Below are positions 11,801-23,500 of a stretch of DNA of 64,000 nucleotides, piece by piece. Source of the stretch: the human T2T-CHM13v2.0 reference genome, Homo sapiens; NCBI RefSeq assembly GCF_009914755.1, contig NC_060946.1, one strand, 5' to 3'. Each line of letters begins with the position of its first letter. Position 1 is the first letter of the stretch. The notes under the pieces are model-generated. The model ran no database searches, was not told the origin of the DNA, and saw only the letters and a program-made list of their open reading frames with translations. The position numbers and the translations under genes are program-made.

Positions 11801-14800
11801 ATCTCTGCACTGATAAACTAGGTGGTGTAACCCTTGTCCAAGCTCTGCCTACAGGGGCGTTTCCACATATCCCTGAACTGATGACAAAGGTGATGTAACT
11901 CTTGCCTAGGCTTTGCCTACAGGGAACATTGGACATATATCTGCACTGATCACCCAGGTGATGCAACTCTTGCCTAGGCTTTGCCTACAGGGGACATTGT
12001 GACATATCTCTTCAATGATCACTCATGTGATGCATCTCTTGCCTAGGCTTTGCCTACAGGGGACATTGTGACATATCTCTGCACTGATCTCCCAGGTGCT
12101 GTAACTTTAGTCTAGGCTCTGGCTACACGGCATTGTGACCTACCTGTGCACTGATCACCCAGGTGATATAACTCTTCTCTAGGATCTGCCTACAGGGTAC
12201 TTTGTGACATATCCCTGCACTGATCACCCAGGTGATCTAACTCTGGTCTAAGGTCTGCCTAAAGGGGCATTGTGACAGATCTCTGCACTGATCACTCTGG
12301 TGATGTAAGTATTGTCTAGGCTCTGCTTCAAGGGGCCTTGTCATATACCTCTGCACTGATCACCCAGGTGATGTAACTCTTGTCTAGGCTCTGCTTCCAG
12401 GGCATATTGTGACATATCTATGCACGGATCAACTTAGTGATGTAACACTTTGGTAGGCTCGGCCTACAGGGGAATCTTGACATATCTCTGCACTGTTAAC
12501 CGAGGTGATTTAACTCTTGTCTAGGCTGTGCCCACAGGGGGATTGAGACATATCTCTGCACTGATCCCGAGGTGATACAACTCTTGCCTGGTCTCTGCCT
12601 ACTGTGGACATTGAGACATATCTCTGCACTGATCTCCCAGGTGCTGTAACTTTAGTCTAGGCTCTGGCTACACGGCATTGTGACATATCACTGCACTGAT
12701 CACCCAGGCGATACAACTCTTCTCTAGGATCTGACCACAGGGTGCTTTGTGACATCTCCCTACAATGATCACCCAGGTGATATACCACTTGCCAAGGCTC
12801 TGCCTACAGGGGCATTGCAATGTATCTCTGCACTGATCACCTAGGTCTTGTAGCTATTTTCTAGGATCTGCCTACAGGGTGCTTTGTGACGTGTCCCAGC
12901 AAGGATTACCCAGGTGATGTACCTCTCATCAAGGCTCTGCCTACAGGCACATTGTGATGTATCTCTGCACTGATCACCTAGGTCATGTAACTTTTTCCTA
13001 GGCTCTACCTACGATGGCATTGTGACATATCTCTGCACTAATCATCCAAGTGATGTAACTCTTGTCTAGGATGTGCCTAAATTAACTTTTTGACATAACC
13101 CTGTACTGATCATCCAGGTGATGGAGCTTTTGTCTAGGCTCTGCCTAAGGGGGCATTGTGACATATTTCTGCATTGATCACCCAGGTGGCGAAATCTTCT
13201 CTCGGATCTGCCTATGGGGGCATTGTGAGAAACATCTGCACTGATCACCCAGGAGATGTAACTGTTGTGTAACCTCTGCCTACAGGGGAATTGTGAGAGA
13301 TCTCGGCAATGATTACCCAAGGGATGTAACCGATGTCTAGGCTTTGCATACAGGGGTCTTTGTGACATACCTTTGCACTGATCACCCAGGTGATGTAACA
13401 CATCTAAGTTCGGCCTAAAGGAGCTTTGTGACATATCTCTGCACTGATCACTTAGGTGATGTAACACTTTTATAATCACTGCCTACAGGGAATTTTGACA
13501 AATCTCTGCACTGATCACCTAGGTGATGTAACACTTGTCTACCCTCTGTCCAACGGGGCATTGTGAAATAACTCTGCACTGATCACCCAGGTGATTCAAC
13601 TCTTGACTAGGAACTGCCTACAGAGGTTATTGTGAAATATCTTTGCACTGATAAACTAGGTGGTGTAAACCTTGTCCAAACTCTGCCTACAGGGGCGTTT
13701 CCACATATCCCTGAAGTGATGACAAAGGTGATGTAACTCTTGCCTAGGCTTTGCCTACAGGGAACATTGGACATATATCTGCACTGATCACCCAGGTGAT
13801 GCAACTCTTGCCTAGGCTTTGCCTACAGGGGACATCGTGACATATCTCTTCAATGATCTCTCATGTGATGCATCTCTTGCCTAGGCTTTCCCTACAGGGG
13901 ACATTGTGACATATCTCTGCACTGATCTCCCAGGTGCTGTAACTTTAGTCTAGGCTCCGGCTACACGGCATTGTGACATATCACTGCACTGATCAACCAG
14001 GTGATATAACTCTTGTATAGGCTCTGCCTACAGGGGGATTGTGACCTACCTCTGCATTGATCACCCAGGTGATATAACTCTTCTCTAGGATCTGCTTACA
14101 GGGTACTTTGTGACATATCCCTGCACTGATCACCCAGGTGATCTAACTCTGGTCTAAGCTCTGCCTAAACGGGCATTGTGACAGATCTCTGCACTGATAA
14201 CTCTGGTGATGTAAGTATTTTCTAGGCTCTGCTTCAAGGGGCCTTGTCACATATCTCTGCACTGATCACCCAGGTGATGTAACTCTTGTCTAGGCTCTGC
14301 TTCCAGGGCATATTGTGACATATCTATGCACTGATCACCTTAGTGATGTAACACTTTGGTAGGCTCGGCCTACAGGGGAATCTTGACATATCTCTGCACT
14401 GTTAACCGAGGTGATTTAACTCTTGTCTAGGCTGTGCCCACAGGGGGATTGAGACATATCTCTGCACTAATCGCGAGGTGATACAACTCTTGCCTGGTCT
14501 CTGCCTACTGTGGACATTGTGACATATCTCTGCACTGATCTCCCAGGTGCTGTAACTTTAGTCTAGGCTCTGGCTACACGGCATTGTGACATATCACTGC
14601 ACTGATCACCCAGGAGATATAACTCTTCTCTAGGATCTGACCACAGGGTGCTTTGTGACATATCCCTGCAATGATCACACAGGTGATATACCACTTGCCA
14701 AGGCTCTGCCTACAGGGGCATTGCAATGTATCTCTGCACTGATCACCTAGGTCTTGTAGCTATTTTCTAGGATCTGTCTACAGGGTGCTTTGTGACGTGT

Positions 14801-17800
14801 CCCAGCAAGGATTACCCAGGTGATGTACCTCTCATCAAGGCTCTGCCTACAGGCACATTGTGATGTATCTCTGCACTGATCACCTATGTCATTTAACTTT
14901 TTTCTAGGCTCTACCTACGATGGCATTGTGACATATCTCGGCACTAATCATCCAAGTGATGTAACTCTTGTCTAGGATGTGCCTAAATTAACTTTTTGAC
15001 ATAACCCTGTACTGATCATCCAGGTGATGGAGCTTTTGACTAGGCTCTGCCTAAGGGGGCATTGTGACATATTTCTGCATTGATCACCCAGGTGGCGAAC
15101 TCTTCTCTCGGGTCTGCCTATGGGGGCATTGTGAGAAATCTCTGCACTGATAACCCAGGTGATGTAACTGTTGTGTAACCTCTGCCTACAGGGGAATTGT
15201 GAGAGATCTCGTCACTGATTACCCAAGTGATGTAACCGTTGTCTAGGCTTTGCATACAGGGGGCTTTGTGACATACATTTGCACTGATCACCCAGGTGAT
15301 GTAACACATCTAAGTTCGGCCTAAAGGAGCTTTGTGACATATCTCTGCACTGATCACTTAGGTGATGTAACACTTTTATAATCACTGCCTACAGGGAATT
15401 TTGACAAATCTCTGCACTGATCACCTAGGTGATGTAACTCTTGTCTACCCTCTGTGCAACGGGGCCTTGTGAAATATCTCTGCACTGATCACCCAGGTGA
15501 TTCAACTCTTGACTAGGAACTGCCTACAGAGGTTATTGTGAAATATCTCTGCACTGATAAACTAGGTGGTGTAAACCTTGTCCAAGCTCTGCCTACAGGG
15601 GCGTTTCCACATATCCCTGAACTGATGACAAAGGTGATGTAACTCTTGCCTAGGCTTTGCCTACAGGGAACATTGGACATATATCTGCACTGATCACCCA
15701 GGTGATGCAACTCTTGCCTAGGCTTTGCCTACAGGGGACATCGTGACATATCTCTTCAATGATCACTCATGTGATGCATCTCTTGCCTAGGCTTTGCCTA
15801 CAGGGGACATTGTGACATATCTCTGCACTGATCTCCCAGGTGCTGTAACTTTAGTCTAGGCTCTGGTTACACGGCATTGTGACATATCAATGCACTGATC
15901 AACCAGGTGATATAACTCTTTTATAGGTTTCTGCCTACAGGGGGATTGTGAACTACCACTGCACTGATCAACCAGATGATATAACTCTTCTCTAGGATCT
16001 GCCTACAGGGTACTTTGTGACATATCCCTGCACTGATCACCCAGGTGATCTAACTCTGGTCTAAGCTCTGCTAAAGGGGCATTGTGACAGATCTCTGCAC
16101 TGATCACTCTGGTGATGTAAGTATTGTCTAGGCTCTGCTTCAAGGGGCCTTGTCACATATCTCTGCACTGATCACCCAGGTGATGTAACTCTTGTCTAGG
16201 CTCTGCTTCCAGGGCATATTGTGACATATCTATGCACTGATCACCTTAGTGATGTAACACTTTGGTAGGCTCGGCCTACAGGGGAATCTTGACATATCTC
16301 TGCACTGTTAACCGAGGTGATTTAACTCTTGTCTAGGCTGTGCCCACAGGGGGATTGAGACATATCTCTGCACTGATCCCGAGGTGATACAACTCTTGCC
16401 TGGTCTCTGCCTGCTGTGGACATTGTGACATATCTCTGCACTGATCTCCCAGGTGCTGTAACTTTACTCTAGGCTCTGGCTACACGGCATTGTGACATAT
16501 CACTGCACTGATCACCCAGGCGATATAACTCTTCTCTAGGATCTGACCACAGGGTGCTTTGTGACATATCCCTGCAATGATCACCCAGGTGATATACCAC
16601 TTGCCAAGGCTCTGCCTACAGGGGCATTGCAATGTATCTCTGCACTGATCACCTAGGTCTTGTAGCTAATTTCTAGGATCTGCCTACAGGGTGCTTTGTG
16701 ACGTGTCCCAGCAAGGATTACCCAGGTGATGTACCTCTCATCAAGGCTCTGCCTACAGGCACATTGTGATGTATCTCTGCACTGATCACCTAGGTCATGT
16801 AACTTTTTTCTAGGCTCTACCTACGATGGCATTGTGACATATCTCTGCACTAATCATCCAAGTGATGTAACTCTTGTCTAGGATGTGCCTAAATTAACTT
16901 TTTGACATAACCCTGTACTGATCATCCAGGTGATGGAGCTCTTGTCTAGGCTCTGCCTAAGGGGGCATTGTGACATATTTCTGCATTGATCCCCCAGGTG
17001 TCGAACTCTTCTCTCGGATCTGCCTATGGGGGCATTGTGAGAAATCTCTGCACTGATCACCCAGGTGATGTAACTGTTCTGTAACCTCTGCCTACAGGGG
17101 AATTGTGAGAGATCTCGTCACTGATTACCCAAGTGATGTAACCGTTGTCTAGGCTTTGCATACAGGGGGCTTTGTGACATACCTTTGCACTGATCACCCA
17201 GGTGATGTAACACATCTAAGTTCGGCCTAAAGGAGCTTTGTGACATATCTCTGCACTGATCACTTAGGTGATGTAACACTTTTATAATCACTTCCTACAG
17301 GGAATTTTGACAAATCTCTGCTCTGATCACCTAGGTGATGTAACTCTTGTCTACCCTCTGTCCAACGGGGCATTGGGAAATATCTCTGCACTGATCACCC
17401 AGGTGATTCAACTCTTGACTAGGAACTGCCTACAGAGGTTATTGTGAAATATCTCTGCACTGATCAACAAGGAGGTGTAAACCTTGTCCAAGCGCTGCCT
17501 ACAGGGGCGTTTCCATATATCCCTGAACTGATGACAAAGGTGATGTAACTCTTTCCTAGGCTTTGCCTACAGGGTACATTGGACATATATCTGTACTGAT
17601 CACCCAGGTGATGCAAATCTTGCCTAGGCTTTGCCTACAGGGGACATTGTGACATATCTCTTCAATGATCACTCATGTGATGCATCTCTTGCCTATGCTT
17701 TGCCTACAGGGGACATTGTGACATATCTCACCACTGATCTCCCAGGTGCTGTAACTTTAGTCTAGGCTCTGGCTACACGGCATTGTGACATATCACTGCA

Positions 17801-19298
17801 CTGATCAACCAGGTGATATAACTCTTGTATAGGCTCTGCCTACAGGGGGATTGTGACCTACCTCTGCACTGATCACCCAGGTGATACAACTCTTCTCTAG
17901 GATCTGCCTACAAGGTACTTTGTGACATATCCCTGCACTGATCACCCAGGTGATCTAACTCTGGTCTAAGCTCTGCCTAAAGGGGCATTGTGACAGATCT
18001 CTGCACTGATCACTCTGGTGATGTAAGGATTGTCTAGGCTCTGCTTCAAGGGGCCTTGTCACATATCTCTGCACTGATCACTCAGGTGATGTAACTCTTG
18101 TTTAGGCTCTGCTTCGAGGGCATATTGTGACATATCTATGCACTGATCACCTTAGTGATGTAACACTTTGGTAGGCTCGGTCTACAGGGGAATCTTGACA
18201 TATCTCTGCACTGTTAACCGAGGTGATTTAACTCTTGTCTAGGCTGTGCCCACAGGGGGATTGAGACATATCTCTGCACTAATCCCGAGGTGATACAACT
18301 CTTGCCTGGTCTCTGCCTACTGTGGACATTGTGACATAACTCTGCACTGATCTCCCAGGTGCTGTAACTTTAGTCTAGGCTCTGGCTACACGGCATTGTG
18401 ACATATCACTGCACTGATCACCCAGGCGATATAACTCTTCTGTAGGATCTGACCACAGGGTTCTTTGTGACATATCCCTGCAATGATCACCCAGGTGATA
18501 TACCACTTGCCAAGGCTCTGCCTACAGGGGCATTACAATGTATCTCTGCACTGATCACCTAGGTCTTGTAGCTATTTTCTAGGATCTGCCTACAGGGTGC
18601 TTTGTGACGTGTCCCAGCAAGGATTACCCAGGAGATGTACCTCTCATCAAGTCCCTGCCTACAGGCACATTGTGATGTATCTCTGCACTGATCACCTCGG
18701 TCATGTAAATTTTTTCTAGGCTCTACCAACGATGGCATTGTGACATATCTCTGCACTAATCATCCAAGTGATGTAACTCTTGTCTAGGATGTGCCTAAAT
18801 TAACTTTTTGACATAACCCTGTACTGATCATCCAGGTGATGGAGCTTTTGTCTAGGCTCTGCCTAAGGGGGCATTGTGACATATTTCTGCATTGATCACC
18901 CAGGTGGCGAACTCTACTCTCGGATCTGCCTATGGGGGCATTTTGAGAAATCTCTGCACTGATCACCCAAGTGATGTAACTGTTGTGTAACCTCTGTCTA
19001 CAGGGGAATTGTGAGAGATCTCGCCACTGATTACCCAAGTGATGTAATCGTTGTCTAGGCTTTGCGTACAGGGGGCTTTGTGACATACCTTTGCACTGAT
19101 CACCCAGGTGATGTAACACATCTAAGTTCGGCCTAAAGGAGCTTTGTGACATATCTCTGCACTGATCGCTTAGGTGATGTAACACTTTTATAATCACTGG
19201 CTACAGGGAATTTTGACAAACCTCTGCACTGGTCACTTAGGTGATGTAACTCTTGTCTACCCTCTGTCCAACGGGGCATTGTGAAATATCTCTGCACT

Positions 19299-20528
19299 GA
19301 TCACCCAGGTGATTCAACTCTAGACTAGGGACTGCCTACAGAGGTTATTGTGAAATATCTCTGCACTGATAAACTAGGTGGTGTAACCCTTGTCCAAGCT
19401 CTGCCTACAGGGGCGTTTCCACATATTCCTGAACTGATGACAGAGGTGATGTAACTCTTGCCTAGGCTTTGCCTACAGGGAACATTTGACATATATCTGC
19501 ACTGATCACCCAGGTGATGCAACTCTTTCCTAGGCTTTGCCTACAGGGGACATTGTGACATATCTCTTCAATGATCACTCATGTGATGCATCTCTTGCCA
19601 AGGCTTTGCCTACAGGGGACATTGTGACATATCTCTGCACTGATCTCCCAGGTGCTGTAACTTTAGTCTAAGCTCTGGCTACACGGCATTGTGACATATC
19701 ACTGCACTGATCAACCAGGTGATATAACTCTTGCATAGGCTCTGCCTACAGGGGGATTGTGACCTACTTCTGCACTGATCACCCAGGTGATATAACTCTT
19801 CTCTAGGATCTTCCTACAGGGTACTTTGTGACATATCCCTGCACTGATCACCCAGGTGATTTATCTCTGGTCTAAGCTCTGCCTAAAGGGGCCTTGTCAC
19901 ATATCTCTGCACTGATCACCCAGGTGATTCAAATTTTCACTAGGAACTGCCTACAGAGGTTATTGTGAAATATCTCTGCACTGATAAACTAGGTGGTGTA
20001 AACCTTCTCCAAGCTCTGCCTACAGGGACGTTTCCACATATCCCTGAACTGATGACAGAGGTGATGTAACTCTTGCCTAGGCTTTGCCTACAGGGAACAT
20101 TGGACATATATCTGCACTGATCACCCAGGTGATGCAACTCTTGCCTAGGCTTTGCCTACAGGGGACATTGTGACATATCTCTTCAATGATCACTCATGTG
20201 ATGCATCTCTTGCCTAGGCTTTGCCTACAGGGGACATTCTGACATATCTCTTCACTGATCTCCAAGGTGTTGTAACTTTATTCTAGGCTCTGGCTACACG
20301 GCATTGTGACATATCACTGCACTGATCAACCAGGTGAGATAACTCTTGTATAGGCTCTGCCTACAGGGGGATTGTGACCTACCTCTGCATTGATCACCCA
20401 GGTGATATAACTCTTCTCTAGGATCTGCTTACAGGGTACTTTGTGACATATCCCTGCACTGATCACCCAGGTGATCTAACTCTGGTCTAAGCTCTGCCTA
20501 AACGGGCATTGTGACAGATCTCTGCACT
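19299..20528 (+). repeat. Local tandem duplication of 9 monomers (T to b; 615 bp), giving a 37-mer unit of 2521 bp
   Basis: Monomer T starts at 19299 and again at 19914. Both copies carry the private variant GATGACAGAGG. The repeat-derived ORFs at 19325 and 19940 are 615 bp apart. Confidence 0.9.
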
Positions 20529-23500
20529 GATAACTGTGGTGATGTAAGTATTTTCTAGGCTCTGCTTCAAGGGGCCTTGTCACATATCTCTGCACTGATC
20601 ACCCAGGTGATGTAACTCTTGTCTCGGCTCTGCTTCCAGGGCATATTGTGACATACCTATGCACTGATCACCTTAGTGATGTAACACTTTGGTAGGCTCG
20701 GCCTACAGGGGAATCTTGACATATCTCTGCACTGTTAACCGAGGTGATTTAACTCTTGTCTAGGCTGTGCCCACAGGGGGATTGAGACATATCTCTGCAC
20801 TGATCCCCAGGTGATACAACTCTTGCCTGGTCTCTGCCCACTGTGGACATTGTGACATATCTCTGCACTGATCTCCCAGGTGCTGTAACTTTAGTCTAGG
20901 CTCTGGCTACACGGCATTGTGACATATCACTGCACTGATCACCCAGGATATATAACTCTTTTCTAGGATCTGACCACAGGGTGCTTTGTGACATATCCCT
21001 GCAATGATCACCCAGGTGATATACCACTTGACAAGGCTCTGCCTACAGGGGTATTGCAATGCATCTCTGCACTGATCACCTAGGTCTTGTAGCTATTTTC
21101 TAGGATCTGTCTACAGGGTGCTTTGTGACGTGTCCCAGCAAGGATTACCCAGATGATGTACCTCTCATCAAGGCTCTGCCTACAGGCACATTGTGATGTA
21201 TCTCTGCACTGATCACCTAGGTCATTTAACTTTTTTCTAGGCTCTACCTACGATGGCATTGTGACATATCTCTGCACTAATCATCCAAGTGATGTAACTC
21301 TTGTCTAGGATGTGCCTAAATTAACTTTTTGACATAACCCTGTAATGATCATCCAGGTGATGGAGCTTTTGTCTAGGCTCTGCCTAAGGGGGCATTGTGA
21401 CATATTTCTGCATTGATCACCCAGGTGGCGAACTCTTCTCTCGGGTCTGCCTATGGGGGCATTGTGAGAAATCTCTGCACTGATAACCCAGGTGATGTAA
21501 CTGTTGTGTAACCTCTGCCTACAGGGGAATTGTGAGAGATCTCGTCACTGATTACCCAAGTGATGTAACCGTTGTCTAGGCTTTGCATACAGGGGGCTTT
21601 GTGACATACATTTGCACTGATCACCCAGGTGATGTAACACATCTAAGTTCGGCCTAAAGGAGCTTTGTGACATATCTCTGCACTGATCACTTAGGTGATG
21701 TAACACTTTTATAATCACTGCCTACAGGGAATTTTGGCAAATCTCTGCACTGATCACCTAGGTGATGTAACTCTTGTCTACCCTCTGTGCAACGGGGCCT
21801 TGTGAAATATCTCTGCACTGATCACCCAGGTGATTCAAATCTTGACTAGGAACTGCCTACAGAGGTTATTGTGAAATATCTCTGCACTGATAAACTAAGT
21901 GGTGTAAACCTTGTCCAAGCTCTGCCTACAGGGGCGTTTCCACATATCCCTGAACTGATGACAAAGGTGATGTAACTTTTGCCTAGGCTTTGCCTACAGG
22001 GAACATTGGACATATATCTGCACTGATCACCCAGGTGATGCAACTCTTGCCTAGGCTTTGCCTACAGGGGACATTGTGACATATCTCTTCAATGATCACT
22101 CATGTGATGCATCTCTTGCCTAGGCTTTGCCTACAGGTGACATTGTGACATATCTCTGCACTGATCTCCCAGGTGCTGTAACTTTAGTCTAGGCTCTGGC
22201 TACACGGCATTGTGACATATCACTGCACTGATCAACCAGGTGATATAACTTTTGTATAGGCTCTGCCTACAGGGTTATTGTGACCTACCACTGCACTGAT
22301 CACCCAGGTGATATAACTCTTCTCTAGGATCTGCCTACAGGGTACTTTGTGACATATCCCTGCACTGATCACCCAGGTGATCTAACTCTGGTCTAAGGTC
22401 TGCCTAAAGGGGCATTGTGACAGATCTCTGCACTGATCACTCTGGTGATGTAAGTATTGTCTAGGCTCTGCTTCAAGGGGCCTTGTCATATACCTCTGCA
22501 CTGATCACCCAGGTGATGTAACTCTTGTCTAGGCTCTGCTTCCAGGGCATATTGTGACATATCTATGCACTGATCACCTTAGTGATGTAACACTTTGGTA
22601 GGCTCGGCCTACAGGGGAATCTTGACATATCTCTGCACTGTTAACCGAGGTGATTTAACTCTTGTCTAGGCTGTGCCCACAGGGGGATTGAGACATATCT
22701 CTGCACTGATCCCGAGGTGATACAACTCTTGCCTGGTCTCTGCCTACTGTGGACATTGAGACATATCTCTGCACTGATCTCCCAGGTGCTGTAACTTTAG
22801 TCTAGGCTCTGGCTACACGGCATTGTGACATATCACTGCACTGATCACCCAGGCGATACAACTCTTCTCTAGGATCTGACCACAGGGTGCTTTGTGACAT
22901 CTCCCTACAATGATCACCCAGGTGATATACCACTTGCCAAGGCTCTGCCTACAGGGGCATTGCAATGTATCTCTGCACTGATCACCTAGGTCTTGTACCT
23001 ATTTTCTAGGATCTGCCTACAGGGTGCTTTGTGACGTGTCCCAGCAAGGATTACCCAGGTGATGTACCTCTCATCAAGGCTCTGCCTACAGGCACATTGT
23101 GATGTATCTCTGCACTGATCACCTAGGTCATGTAACTTTTTCCTAGGCTCTACCTACGATGGCATTGTGACATATCTCTGCACTAATCATCCAAGTGATG
23201 TAACTCTTGTCTAGGATGTGCCTAAATTAACTTTTTGACATAACCCTGTACTGATCATCCAGGTGATGGAGCTTTTGTCTAGGCTCTGCCTAAGGGGGCA
23301 TTGTGACATATTTCTGCATTGATCACCCAGGTGGCGAACTCTTCTCTCGGATCTGCCTATGGGGGCATTGTGAGAAACATCTGCACTGATCACCCAGGAG
23401 ATGTAACTGTTGTGTAACCTCTGCCTACAGGGGAATTGTGAGAGATCTCGGCAATGATTACCCAAGGGATGTAACCGATGTCTAGGCTTTGCATACAGGG

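Larger units (their letters stand above)
1..12494 (+). repeat. HOR domain 1: 27-mer units (1837-1838 bp, Y/Z fused monomer) mixed with two 23-mer units (1563-1564 bp)
   Basis: GTTAAC marker at 181, 2018, 3855, 5419, 7257, 8820, 10658 and 12495 gives spacings of 1837, 1837, 1564, 1838, 1563, 1838 and 1837. The hybrid monomer GGCTACACGGCATTGTGAC|CTACCT occurs at about 1609, 3446, 6848, 10249 and 12086. Confidence 0.92.

Noticed and set aside
13066-13479. 137-aa His/Cys-rich ORF (also 18784, 23211, 44849) resembling a metal-binding or zinc-finger repeat
   Set aside because: The HHLGDQC repeat is simply the reverse complement of GCACTGATCACCCAGGTGATG. It lacks C2H2 spacing, and it is open only where point mutations remove one stop codon that is present in most units.
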